In this document: one piece after another, positions 36,179-49,486 of the stretch | How positions within the stretch are numbered: the first letter of the stretch is position 1 | Layout: each line of letters starts with the position of its first letter | Made by a program: the position numbers and the translations under genes | Source of the DNA: Malacoraja senta | Lineage: Eukaryota | Direction of reading: 5' to 3' | DNA: 64,000 nt | Assembly: GCA_038087875.1 (NCBI GenBank) | Contig: CM075990.1 | Location: forward strand, 13,022,001 to 13,086,000 | Notes under the pieces: model-generated | Told to the model about the DNA's origin: nothing | The model's database searches: none | The model's input: the letters and a program-made list of their open reading frames with translations, nothing else

Positions 36179-38124
36179 GTAAGTCACAGTGCAGTTTAAC
36201 TGCAGTTAAAAGAACCAAGACTACTGTACTGGGTAGACAAAAATGCTGGAGTAACTCAGCGGGTGAGGCAGCACCTATGGAGAGAAGGAATAGGCGACAT
36301 TTCGGGTCAACCCGAAACGTCGCCTATTCCTTCTCTCCATAGATGCTGCTTCACCCGCTGAGTTACTCCAGCATTTTTGTCTGCCTTTGATTTTTCCAGC
36401 ATCTGCAGTTCTTTCTTAAACTAGACTACTGTACTGTATGCTTTTTGCACTCTGAAGAAAATGATCGGGATGGCACAGTGACTGCCTCATAGCAACAGAG
36501 ACCTGGGTTTGATCCTGATTTTGACTGTTGTCCTTGTACATTCGCACTTTGATTGCGTGGGATTTCTCCGGGAGCACCGGTTTCCTCCCTCATCCCAAAG
36601 ACGTGGGTCTGTAAGTTAATTGCATCTGTAAAGTTGGCCCTAGTGTCTAGAGCGTGGATGCAAACGTTTGATAGCGTAGAACTAGTGTGAACGGGTGATC
36701 AATGGTTGGCATGGACAGTGGGGTGAAGGGCCCATTTCCATGCTGTATCTTTCGATCAATCAATCTATTCAGTGCTATATTTGTAACTTCTCTTTTAGAA
36801 AACATACACAAAAAACATACTTTTTATTGATGGAAATGCATGTTTTCAGTTCTTGCGTTACAGTGATTCAATGGAATTTGTATGAAGTTGTATGATGTGA
36901 GAACAGCAAGTGTATCATTTGAAGGTAGACAAAATGCTGGAGTAACTCAACGGGATGGGCAGCATCTCTGGAGAGAAGGAATGGGTGACGTTTCGGGATG
37001 AGACCCTTCAGACTATAATTTGAAAATGGATTGATAGCTAGAATACTGGCATAAACCTACATTTCCTTAAGTATCCTGTTAAAAGGAATGTGGTAATGTG
37101 ACATTCAGTGTTGTGCAGATGTCATTTGGATTAAATACTGAATTTCTGGAGAAACGTGTATCGCTGAGACCATCTAAAATATTGGTGTATACCAGTAACA
37201 ATGGTGTTTGGTGCTGTTTGTCCTGGCTGCCTTCAGAGGTATAAGGCAAACATTTAACAGATTTCCAAGTAAAATCATCCACATTCTACATTCATTTATT
37301 TGTATGCTGGCTTTTCAGGTGTGTAATCAGTTTTAAACTCGAGCACCCAGAAAATATGCACAAACTCCCAAATCGATAATGTTGAGAAAGCAATGCATCT
37401 TTCTTTTCTGGGGGGAGAAAAATTGGTAAACATGGGATTGAAAGGGAAACTGAAGCACATTCATAGATTAGGCTGAAGTTTTAGTTTAGTTTAGACATGC
37501 AGCGTGGAAACAGACCCTTCGGCCCACCGGTTCGGTGCTGACCAGCGATCTCCCATATTAACACAATCCTACACACACTAGAGACAATTTTTACATCCAC
37601 CAAGCCAATTTACCTATATACCTGTACTTCTTTGGAATGTGGGAGGAAACCAATGATCTCTGAGAAAACCCACGCAGGTCACGCGGAAAACATACAAACT
37701 CCATACAGACAGCGCCCGCGCCTCGGATATTTGACCCAACATCCAAACTTTATTAGCAGAATAATGCTGCCTGCTGGGAAGCATTGTGAAATTACAACTG
37801 AAACATTTAGTTTAGTTTAGATACAGCGCGGAAACAGGCCCTTCGGCCCACCGAGTCCGCAACGACCAGCAATCACTGCACATTAACACTATCCTACACG
37901 AACGAGGGACAATTTACCAAGTCAATTAACCTACAAACTTGTAGCTCTTTGGAGTGTGGGTGGAAACTGGAGGAAACCCACGCAGGTCACGGGGAGAACG
38001 TAGAGACAGCATCCATAGTCAGGATCGAACTTTGGTTTCTGGTGCTGTAAGGCAGCAACTCTACTGCTGTGCCACCGTGCCACCTCGATTTTTCCAATCA
38101 TAATATAATTTTCTTCCCCCTTAG

Positions 38125-38240
38125 AGCAACAGTGCTCACGGATGGAGAAGCTGGCCAGTTTGGTTGAAGAATTGGAGGCAGATGAATGGCGCTACAAACC
38201 GATTGAACAGTTGCTGGGATTTACACCTTCCTCTGGATGA
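38125..38240 (+). CDS. ANAPC16: ANAPC16 coding exon 3 (to stop)
   Basis: ccttag|AG...TGA. Encodes [38 protein letters not shown]. Total CDS 193+75+116 = 384 nt, 127 aa. Confidence 0.96.
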
Positions 38241-39124
38241 GATGAAACATTGAGTTGCAATGAAAGCTTTATGCTTCTCAGCAAGTTAAAACTATGGGAG
38301 GAATAGACAAAAATTAACCCTGTAAAAAATGTACACAAGCGTTTTTAATGTTGTTTTTATTAGACATACTGTACATGGAATTCCGTGCTCAAGAGATTTA
38401 TTTGAAATGATCTTTTTCATGTCACATGGTACACTAAGTTAATACATTTTGGTTTTACTTTTACAGATTAATTTCCTGAGCTAAATAGTAAATTCTGAAG
38501 TCTGTTTTAACCTCAACATGAGGGTACTGTAGTGAAGATAGGGTGGCACTGTGACGTAGCAGTAGAGCTATTGCCTTACAGCGCCGGAGACCCGGGTTTG
38601 ATCCTGACGACGGGTGCTGTCTCTACGGAGTTTGTACATTCCACTCGTGCCCTGCATGGGTTTTCTCCGAGATCTTCGGATTCCTCCCTCACTCCAAAGA
38701 CGTACAGGTTTGTAGGTAAATTGGCTTGGTGTAAATGTAAATTGTCCCTAGTATGTGCACACTAGTGTTAATGTGTGGGGATTGCTGGTTGGTGCGGACT
38801 GAGTGGGCCTGTTTCTGCGCTGTATCTCTAAACTAAACTACACAGTCTGGGTTTGCATCCTGGTAGGTTACAAAGGAAACCCAGCTTTTAAATAAGGCAG
38901 TTTAGACTCTGTGAACTCTCCCAGTAACTACAGACCAGTCACTGCAACCTACAGATGCTGCAGTCTTGAGCATAACACAAAGTGCTGCGCTAACTCAGCG
39001 GATCAGGCAGCATCCGTGGAGGGAATAGATAGGCGACGTTTTGGATTGAGACCCTTTAGAGTGTTGGACAGGCTCAAGGGACTGAATGTTATAGATGTGG
39101 GCAAATTAATGCAGAGACGAGCGG

Positions 39125-39538
39125 AATTGTCATGGTACAGATTTATTTCTATAGAAGAGCAAAATAAGTTACAACTGATTTCAGCCCCCGCATAAAGTAC
39201 AATGTATATACAACTATAAATAATTTCCAAATCATTAATTTAACACATTTGTTGATTTGTTCCATTAGAAGTGACTAGTGCACATGTACAAACTTGGTTC
39301 ATGCGTAGTCATATCTCTTCTCTTGGTTGTCTCAGTCTCTGACCAAATCCACTGTATTGTAGTTTACACAGCAGGGTGCTGTCCAAGAGATCTCGGGGCC
39401 TCTTGATCCAGTTCATGTGAAACAGTTCAGTATTTGGGAGCTCCTAGGCTGTGAGTATTTTCAGCAGTGTTGCTGGCTAATCAAAATCCAGTGTTAAGAC
39501 AAATTTCAAAAGTTTTTTTTTAGTAATCGTCTCTATCG
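39125..39538 (-). other. DNAJB12: Probable non-coding last exon (3' UTR) of DNAJB12
   Basis: Donor CAG|gtatgt after the stop codon (40257). Polypyrimidine acceptor ttttgtcttttcacttaatttag| at 39539. Minus-strand AATAAA at 39147-39142. The 3' end is approximate. Confidence 0.55.
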
Positions 39539-40290
39539 CTAAATTAAGTGAAAAGACAAAAAAGGAACAGAAATAATTTGAAAACATAACAGCATTTGTT
39601 CCACAAATCCAGATTACTTATATCGTTCAAACTTTCTAAACAGACTGTTATTTCAGATCAATCCTTTAAATATCTTTGAAGATGCCTTTTCCTTATTCTA
39701 CCAGTCCTTCTATAATCAAGATAAGCAGAATATGTTATCAAGTGTTACAATATTTTGATCCAAACATTAAATTGCAGACAAAGAAAGTAAAACTGAAAGG
39801 AAACAAAGAGTTTGTTTTTAGCAATATGAGTGTTTCCAAATAGAGATCGCATAATCTTCAGTTTGAGCTTTGAAGATCTGGAAGCTTTAACCCTTGACAC
39901 TGTGCCTGAATGCTAGGATTTACCTGCACGGCTCTGCAGGGTGGGCAAGGAAACTCCGTTTCATGCACACAAACCAACTTGTAATTCAGTAATTGAAGCA
40001 ACAAACTGCAGACACTGAAAATACAAAACATTGAAATTACTGGCAGCACTCAGCAGGTCAAGCAGCATCAAGGAGCAAAATGAAATGTTTCCCCACGGAT
40101 GCTGCCTTACCCGCTGAATACTTCCAGCATTTTCCTTTTTTTGTTTTGGGTAATCTCAGTAGCTTGTTTTGGAGTCTTTTCAATGTATTACTGTGTTTCT
40201 CCTAGCGGATACCTTAGCAGATGTAGTAAATGAATAATGGTGCATATTGTACATACCTGGTCTCTGGTTATTGTTGTGGCAGACTCCATC

Positions 40291-40412
40291 CTATCCATGT
40301 AGGGATGCCTGAACTTCTGATAGTCTGGTACAGCTTGGTGTGCTCATTTTCTGGGCTTTCTGGTAAAGATCGACGTCTCCAAAATATCGGGCACGGTACA
40401 ACAATCCCTCTT
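40291..40412 (-). CDS. DNAJB12: DNAJB12 coding exon 8 (to stop; exon continues to donor at 40257)
   Basis: ctatag|AA...TAG. Encodes KEGLLYRARYFGDVDLYQKAQKMSTPSCTRLSEVQASLHG*. The C-terminus matches DNAJB12 rather than DNAJB14. Confidence 0.96.
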
Positions 40413-41822
40413 CTATAGAAAAATAAGTTTTCTTAGTCCATTCATGTTTCCTAAAATCCATTGTAATTTTTTATAAGAAATCAGGAAGAACTAAAAATAT
40501 ACTTCCATTCATTTAATGAGATCACAATATATTAAAGTGCTGAAATTATGGATTTTGATGTATCATTATTTACATAAGCAAACATTATCACCAAATTGTT
40601 CGAGACACAAGGAAATCTAGATGGTGGTTTACAAATAAAAGGCACCAAGAGCTGGAGTAACACAGTAGGTCAGGCAGCATCTCTAGAGAACATGGATAGA
40701 TGATGTTTTGGGTCAGGACCCTTTTTCAGACTCGGACTCAAGAATGGTCTGGACTTGAAACTTTTCTTATCTATGTTCTCCAGAGATGCTTCCTGACTGA
40801 GTTACTCCAGCACTTTATGTCCACAAATATTAGATATGAGTCTGTAACAGGTGTCCCTTATTAAGGGAGAGTGCCTTTACCGAACCATCAAGCATGGTGT
40901 GGGAGAGGAAGTCTTGGAAAAGTAGGACTACTGTCAGAGATAGGTTACGATTGAAATTAACTGATTTTACTAGGATGGCAAAGTATGGGAATAAATGCAG
41001 AAAAGTATTCGCTGCAATGAAGGTACTCGCCAATCAGTGTGGCTTTGGGATTGACTTGTTTAATTGAGCAACAGAAGCCAAAGCTATGGAATAAGTTGTA
41101 GAGTCAGAATAATGGTCAGAAGGGCTTGAATCATTGTTGTATCTCTAAACTCAAGTAGGATAGGCAATGTTTTGTGCTAGGACCCGTCTTCGGATTCTGA
41201 ATCCGAGTCTGAAGAAGGGCCCGAAACATATTCAATCCAGGTTACTCAATATAACATCATCTGTAGCTGCTTGTGTCTGCTGGAAGAACTCGGTGGTAAG
41301 TCAAATGTTTTTGGTTGAAACTGCATCAGAACAGAGGGAAGAGGAAAGCAGTAGGATGTTAGGTGGGATAGAGACAGGTGCAACCAGATAGGGAGGAGAT
41401 GATGGACAAATGCAAATAGATGAGAGGAGGAGGCTGAGAGGTGAACAAAAGGAAATGAAAACCAGATGCAAGGGTGATTGTGTCTGGGAGAACACTGAGG
41501 GTGTGGGTTACCTGTAACTGGAATAACACAACGTTCATACCCTGGGAATGTCTGCTACCCATGTGGAATACGAGGTGTTAATCTCCAATTAACCTTTCAG
41601 TTGAAGTATGGTATCTCCCAAAATTCGGCAGTACCCAACACTGGAGTGTGCTTGGTGCAGCTTGAAGCATTGAGATTCTGATTCAGAGGTAATAATCTGA
41701 TTGACCAACTCAAGAACATCATCCTTGCTTGAAGCATCCTTCTTCCTTTACAGTCGCCCGCCCACCCTCCAGTTGAATTTTCCAACCAACCTCCTTATCC
41801 CATCTTCTCCACTATTACTTAC

Positions 41823-41995
41823 TCTGTTGTTTCTCTTTCCAGCAGTTATTCCGTAAATTTGCAATGAAGTCCTCTTCTACACTCCGTTCTACCATCTTCA
41901 AGTTCTGTCCTGTATATTCTTCTGCAAATTTTTCTGCCACAAAATAATGCACGTTCAGTACTTCCGTTGCCCTTCTGTGAATGTGACCAATGGAC
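41823..41995 (-). CDS. DNAJB12: DNAJB12 coding exon 7 (DUF1977 luminal domain)
   Basis: ttccag|G...A|gtaagt, 173 bp. Encodes SIGHIHRRATEVLNVHYFVAEKFAEEYTGQNLKMVERSVEEDFIANLRNNCWKEKQQ. Confidence 0.96.
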
Positions 41996-43296
41996 CTGGA
42001 AACCATAATAGCCTACAATTAGAATGCTCTCATAGGTGCTAAGTATTATTACCACAAGCGGGTCATGGTGCACACACAGTGCATTTTCAGCATTTTATTT
42101 TGCAATATCTATTTTGAGATAAATCTTAAGCAATTGGTTTATGATGCTTTGCTACATGGCCATCTTCGGTCAGTTTCACTGGTAACTCTGGGCAATAATA
42201 GGTGTGAACTCGCCTTCTACTACTGACTGGAGAACCCGCTGGTAGTTATTCATATACGAGTAAATTTATAATAAATAAATTATTTAATTAACATCATTTT
42301 AAAAAGGACATCCTGAGCCCCAGTCGCCTCGATGCTGCAGTTGGACTGCTGGACCGTGGGAGAAGAACAAAGGGAAGAGATAAGACTTTTGCCTTCCATC
42401 ACAGTGAGGGGTTGTTGGAGATTCACTGTGATGGATGTTTGTGTTAAGTGTGTGTCTTGGTTTTTTTTGTAATGTCATGACTGCAGGAATGAAATTTCGT
42501 TCAAACCTTGTCTGTTTGAATGACAATAAAAGGCATTCTATTCTATTCTAAAAGCATTTCATACCCAACTTATTTTGTTGTGTGTTACTGGAGTTTCTGC
42601 AGTGACACAAAATCCTGACCTGGTCTTAATTTCTCATATCTTCTGTACTCCATAGCTCTACCATTGCAGCCTCTAAGGCTTCTGATTTCCCACTTGTTGC
42701 TTGCGTTACTTGTTTGACTTTCCTCGCACTCCTTGTTGGCCTTCTGATTTCTTCAAATGCCAATCTGTCTAAAATTCTACCACTCCATTCTGTTCTACCT
42801 GATGACCTGTTGCCATGAGAAAACCCTTGCTAATCTCTCTCATCCTGAACTGAAGCATTTCTCCAAACCCTTCCTTTACAAAGACCACTTTAAATAGCTT
42901 GGGGTTTTTTCCTGCCCACAGACTCCTTCCTACCAATGCAACCATAAAGAGATGGCTATTACTGTTTTTTATATGATGCGTAAATCAAAAAAGTCTCCAA
43001 ATAGGTTCCATATCATTAATTTAAAACCCAAACTTTTGTTTACTGAAGATTTCTTATATGAATGTTTGCCAATGTGAAGACCTCCATTGTCAACTGTTTG
43101 GATGCCAGATCAAATGGCTTTAATCCTCTTACCAGTTAAACATGCTTCTTGATAAACCTATTCACGTTAATTAAAGCTTTCAAGCTAAATAATAGATCTC
43201 TTGTTCCATGTGTTGTGACCACATTTGGTTTGAGAGGGCAATTTATTCACTCTTATCCCGAAGCAACCCCATGATAAGAACTCAGGATTTACTTAC

Positions 43297-43406
43297 GGCC
43301 TATGGCTCAGACTGTAGGGAGGGCTTGATACCATCATCTGACTGATCACAGAGACAATGACCAGGATCAAGATTGGCATTAATTGCACAAAGAGTGCCAA
43401 CCCACC
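43297..43406 (-). CDS. DNAJB12: DNAJB12 coding exon 6 (transmembrane helix)
   Basis: ttccag|GGT...CC|gtaagt, 110 bp. Encodes GGLALFVQLMPILILVIVSVISQMMVSSPPYSLSHRP. Confidence 0.95.
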
Positions 43407-43549
43407 CTGGAAAAATGAACACAGAATTAAACTGGATCATGCACACAGATTGGTAACATTTATGTACTATCAATACTACACATAGATAGGCACTGCACTA
43501 TTTCTACATGGTATCAAGAGTTCTACTGACATTCAAGGACTTGGTGACA

Positions 43550-44058
43550 TTCAAGGACCCAAGCAGTCGTTCCAGGTGCGTCAGAGGTTCACCTGCACCT
43601 CCTCCAACCTCATCTATTGCATCCGCTGCTCTAGATGTCAGCTGCTCTACGTCGGTGAGACCAAGCGTAGGCTTGGCGATCGCTTCGCCGAACACCTCCA
43701 CTCGGTTCGCAATAACCAACCTGATCTCCCGGTGGCTCAGCACTTCAACTCCCCCTCCCATTCCGAATCTGACTTTTCTGTCCTCGGCCTCCTCCATGGA
43801 CCACCGTAAATTGGAGGAGCAGCACCTCATATTTCGCTTGGGCAGTTTGCACCCCAGTGGTATGAACGTTGACTTCTCTAATTTCAGGTAGTCCTTACTT
43901 TCTCCTCCCCTTCTCAGCTCTCAGCCCACTGGCTCCGTCTCTTCCTTTCTTCTCCCCCCCCCCCCCCCCCCAACGTCGGCCCAAAACGTTGCCTATTTCC
44001 TTCGCTCCATAGATGCTGCCTCACCCGCTGAGTTTCTCCAGCATTTTTGTCTACCTTA
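43550..44058 (+). mobile_element. Penelope-like element 3' fragment (GIY-YIG endonuclease)
   Basis: Encodes VRQRFTCTSSNLIYCIRCSRCQLLYVGETKRRLGDRFAEHL, a GIY-YIG domain with a Neptune-type Cys motif, followed by pLTR. Confidence 0.88.
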
Positions 44059-46612
44059 AATGTTAACTCTCTGTCTTTGTAAATCATGTTTCATTAACTC
44101 AGCTCAGAGAACATTTTATTATCCATAGTATTTGTTGAGAAAATTTTTCTATTAACGCTCTCCATTTATTGACAAGAACCAGTTAGTTCCATCTAGAATC
44201 CATGATAATTTATTTTGTTTCATTATTAATTCTAAGTAGCTGAAGGTCCTGGGAAGACGAGCAATTATTGGAAATTACTAGTTACTTTAGATAGGTTGAT
44301 ATGACTGAGTGCTTCACAGGTCTGTTCCTGAGTGAGATTGAGTCAGCTACACTTACATGAGACTGGCATATGTTGCCCAGGCCGAGTAATGTTTCCTTCT
44401 AAAAAGAGCATTAGTGAATCTAAGGAAACACATCAAATAAAATTCCTGCAAGGTCCGTACATTTTTCTAAAATTCACATTTAAGGATCTGAACATTGTGT
44501 TTGAGGCCAGTAGTTATTGCCTATTCCTAAATGGACTAAGTGGCCAACTGGGCCTTTTCAGAGGCCTTTAAAGAGTCAACCACATGAAGCGGGTCTCAAG
44601 TCACATACAGGCCAGACAGAGTAAAGAGAGCAAATGTTCTTCTCTGACGAATTAGTAATGGATTGTGATGATAATCCAGTAGTTTTTATGGTCATTATTA
44701 CTAATTGGTTATCATATCCTCCAATACCATCCTAATTCTAAATTTAAAAGAACCATGGTGTGATTATAACCCCAGTCTCAAAATTGTCAGTCTTGGCCAC
44801 TGGATTTTAACTGCTAATCCACTACTAAATACAACCTGATCATGAGGGAATGTTGTGAGATTTAGCTATGCTTTACATTTTTAATTATTATAGCAGACTT
44901 TGTGATGTGTAGAAAAGTATGTACCATCAGTCATTTGATAACCCAAAACCTTTAAGATGAGACCAAATTGTCCTTTTTTTTTTTTACACCAAATTGGTGC
45001 AGTTGGGGTGTTCTGTTAAGCAAATATGCTCCCATGACACCAGTTTAGGACCTTTCCTTAAACCCAATCCTGTCGTTTCCCTGTACTGTGTAAAATATGT
45101 TGAGGTGCAGTCAAAGTGTAGTTTTGTTGTAAAGAAACAAAACTACAGATCATATGAAACAAATGCATTTGGCCATCTGCTCTGTTAATCTAAATCCACA
45201 GCAAATGGAAATCCCCTTTAAGGTAATGCATTTAATCTGCCCCTTACTTAGATCAGTAGATTGTTGTGCAGTGCTGGTGAATGCAAAAAATAATTCCCTG
45301 CAAATTAATTAATGAATGAACATCTGATAATTGAAAAGCTAAAACATATTCTAGCAGGGTTGTAGTGAATTTGAGTATTACTTTCAACTGCAACCCAATA
45401 ATCTACACAAGGCAAGACATGCCAAAAATCAGAAATAACTTTAATACATGGCAGATGAAAAGCAAGATTTTGACTTATTTTACAGTTGATCAAAAATAAA
45501 GTATTATTAACATACTCGATTATTTACAATGCAGAATGTTCATAACAGAGCATTCTTATAAATATTAAATACACAAAGCTGATGGGGATGACAGTGCAAA
45601 CTGATGTACTAGAGTTTGTTTAATCATCTTGTGTTCATAGAGAAAATTTAACTGAGACTTTTGCTTCTCTAAGGAGGGGGAAGAAAGGAGGAGAAAAGTG
45701 GGTTCAATGGCACAAGTAGGTTGGCTAATGGTGGCATTTCATAGCCTTAATATAGAAGCTAGTCTTTGCTGAGCGGTTGTGCAAAAATTAAAGAGAGAAA
45801 CATCTCGATGTAAATATCGAATCCCAAAGAAATAGAAAATAGAACACACAGTAAACAAATTGGACATTAGAGCAATCCAAGTTTATTCGTTTAAAACATA
45901 AGAGGTGGAAAACTGTCCAGGGTGCTGGTATGGTATTAATTTAAAAGATAAAAGAGTGAGGCAAGTATGATCCGGTTTATGCAGAAATTGTTGGTACTCG
46001 GAATAACGGAACAAATATATTGGAGAAGCAGAAGCCATAATAGCTTCTTAAGGAAGTACGATGAAAATTTGATTTAAAGATATATTTAAATGGTATTTAA
46101 ATTCTCTGCCTCAGAGGGCGGTGGAGGCAGGTTCTCTGGATTCTTTCAAGAGAGAGCTCGATAGGGCTCTTAAAGATAGCAGAGTCAGGGGATATGGGGA
46201 GAAGGCAGGAAAGGGGTACTGATTGGGGATGATCAGCCATGATCACATTGAATGGCGGTGCTGGCTCGAAGGGCCGAATGGCCTACTCCTGCACCTATTG
46301 TCTATTGTCTGTTGTATGTGTAAGAAGGAACTGCAGATGCTGGTGTACATCGAAAATAAGACACAAAATGCTAGAGTAAATCAGCAGGACAGGCAGCATC
46401 TCTGGAGAGAAGGAATGGGTGACGTTTCAGGTTGAGACCCTTGAAGGGTCTTGGCCCAAAACATCACCCATTCCTTCTCTCCAGAGATGCTGCCTGTCCC
46501 ACCGAGTTATTCCAGCATTTTGTGTCTATCTCAAATGGTATGTGGTTGGGTGAAGCCGGCACAGGTAAAACAGGTTGAGTAGCTGAATCACCGTACAGTT
46601 CTATATACTCAC

Positions 46613-46689
46613 ATCACCATGTTGTTCTCGTCGCTCAGGTCTGTGGTATGTGTAACGCATTCGCCCATTACTATATACATGTACATTAC
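46613..46689 (-). CDS. DNAJB12: DNAJB12 coding exon 5
   Basis: cctcag|GT...GAT|gtgagt, 77 bp. Encodes GNVHVYSNGRMRYTYHRPERREQHGD. Confidence 0.95.
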
Positions 46690-48749
46690 CTGAGGCAAGG
46701 ATTGGGAGGGGTGGACAGAACAGAATAAATTACAATACAAAGAGGACATTCAACTTCCCAAGCCGTGCAGTGAAATTAGAGCGGCTATTTCAATATTTCT
46801 AATAAAAATAAAATTACAGTTTACTTAAAGGTATATATACAACAAACACGAAGCTGGATATTGGATAGAGAAACAAATCTACTTCTAATCCTATTTATCA
46901 GATAGTTATGTGAATCTTCTCACATGGTTGTGTTTCGATTTTCAGTAATAGTTATACATTCTTAATTTCACTCTTATGGCCACACTAGAGACAATGCTGC
47001 TGCTTTGCTACCAGAGGAGATTTACCAAGCAACAGCTAAGGCTCCAAATTCAAGGTAGTTTAATCCTACTTTAAATGGTTATCATGAACAAGTGGGCCAC
47101 TCTTATGTGTCAACCCTCATTTTGATCACTGCCTTTCCATACCGATTTTCCAAAACCTGCACGATTTCAATCATAGAACCGAGGCCAAGGAGGGAGTAAG
47201 GAGTCCAAGAGAGGGAGGACGCGGAAAAGAAACAGTACAACAGCTTGTTTTGTGCACATGCAGTTCAAAGGTAATTCATTGTGTGAACTGCTTTGAGTAT
47301 TTTGCAGAGACTTAATAAGATATTAAGGTGCTTTTTTTCTTTGCAATAAAGTAGAACGGTACAAAAACATTAGGTAATCCAGGCATACTATTTTTGCACA
47401 ATGTATTACGGGTCTTTAAAGTGGAGAACTGTAAGGCTGGATAATGAAACATGCTTTTGTTTTTGCCAGCTAGTGATCTTACATCAGATCCAGAATGAAC
47501 CTGGTGCTAGTGATCTTACTTCAGATGCAGCATGAGCCGACCCAACTATATATCTTCATATAAATCTGTCCAATAAAGCTCCTTTAATAATAGAGCAACA
47601 GCTATATCTTTATTTACCGTTCCACAAATCCCACGCACACCCAAGTCCCAATGTCAATTTAATGTCAATCAGCACTGAGGCTGGCTTAGGCTAAATGCCC
47701 GTGTTCCCTGGAAACCAAGCTGGAACTGCCAAAAAATGCACTTCAAATATGATTCCCTTGAGACAGAGGAAACATTCAGCAGTTGAGGCCCGGGGTTCAG
47801 ATGGATGCATGTCAGAAGAAGTGGTGGGAAGGAAACCAAGAAGATGCTGAAATAAAAATCAACTCCAACTCAGTTAAGAAGCTGTTTTGAATGCAGAATA
47901 CCCGATTAGAATCGAATACTAAAGCCCATTCGATCCTAAAACGAAATAAATATCTGGAAAATTGAATCAAATAAAACTAATACCAGCAATTAGATCCTAA
48001 TAAATTGCTGGAGAACCAGCAATTTGGATCCTAATAAATTGAGTAACATTTTAAATTTAAATGTTATGCTAATAAAGTTCCTACCTTTGAAAACAGCTTT
48101 GAACCGAATCCCCTTCAGGTAATATTACTCCCACCCAAGCAGAATTCAAACCACAACTTTCTGCCAGCTCGAGTAACCTATAGCTATACTTGCATAATTA
48201 ACATTCTGCACTGAACTGAAGCCCAATTAGCGTTTAAAAAGTAATAACATAAAGACTCGGAGGCAAAAATGTTGAAGGGTAAGGGATGAGCAAATTAATA
48301 TGATTAGTCAGTTAAATAGAGAAGCTAGAATGAGCATATTAATGTTGGCCGAATAATCTCCTTCATGCTGAACCTTGTGGGTGACGAGTGTGCCGAATTG
48401 CTTCAACTGTGATTTCATTATAAATCAGCCTGAAACACTTCCAACTGAAAAGGACGCAAGTTTTAAGTTGCTTGTTATTTGAATTCCCCAAACTTCATCC
48501 TCACCTTAACATTCTGCGGTGTATGTAAGACGTAAGGATTTTGTTTCACCTTTATGACATAGAAAGTGGCCACTTCAGCCAATTGAGTCCATGCCAGCTC
48601 ACAGAGAAATCCCATGAGCCCAAGTCATTTTTCCTGTAACTTATTCTCTTCACATTCCCATCAATGTCGCAGATTCTAACACTTCTACACAATGAGGGCA
48701 ATTTCTAGTAGCCAATTAACCTACCAACCCACCCATCTTCAGAAGGAAT

Positions 48750-49240
48750 GCGTGACATTTCGGGTCGAGACCCTTCTTCAGATTGATGTCAGGGGAGAGG
48801 GAGATACATAGATAAGGAAGTGTAAGGTGTGAAACCAGGACAAGGGGGATGGTGATCAAGGAAAATATAGACTAGATTGTTAGCTGGGAGAAGGTCATAA
48901 AAAAGTAAATAGAGATAAAATAAACTCGGAGACAGTCAGACTGGTCGGAGAACTGGGAAGGGGGAGGGATGGAGAGAGGGGGAAAGCAAGGGTTACTTGA
49001 AGTTAGAGAAGTTGTGGTCCTGACCACGGGGGAAAATGGAGGAGGACTGACTGAACTTTGTGCCTTCCACCACAGTGATGAATGCTGTGGTGGATGTTTG
49101 TGTTAAATTTTTATTATGTATTGTGTGTTTTTTATTGTACCGCTGCTGGCAAGTTCATTTCACTGCACTTCATTGTGTATGTGACGAATAAATCTGACTA
49201 TTGACTATACCGCTGGGTGTAAGCTGCCCAAGCGAAATAT
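48750..49240 (-). mobile_element. Penelope-like 3' fragment interrupted by a short Rex-tailed repeat (about 49013-49207)
   Basis: tttcgggtcgagacccttcttcaga pLTR core and the endonuclease-end sequence gtaagctgcccaagcgaaatat. The inserted segment ends tgacgaataaatctgactattgactat. Confidence 0.65.
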
Positions 49241-49300
49241 ATGGAGTATTTATTTACTGAAGTAATTGGAAATACATTCTGAACCACAAATATCACATAC

Positions 49301-49486
49301 CAGAGGGGAATCCGCCACCAAAGAACATATTGAAGAGGTCCTCAGGTGAGATGTCTGCCTCAAACCCTCTGTGATAGTCCGTGGGACCGTGACTGTGCCG
49401 GTTTGTGGCCTGGCGTTCATCGCCATATACGTCGTACTGTTTCCTCTTGTCTTGATTGCTGAGCACTGCATATGCATTCCCAATGG
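49301..49486 (-). CDS. DNAJB12: DNAJB12 coding exon 4
   Basis: ctgcag|CC...G|gtatgt, 186 bp. Encodes [62 protein letters not shown]. Confidence 0.96.

Noticed and set aside
47980..48042. Small hairpin and direct duplication (ccagcaatt...gatcctaataaattg)
   Set aside because: Short local slippage duplication with no evidence of function. The same applies to the duplication at 12610-12750.
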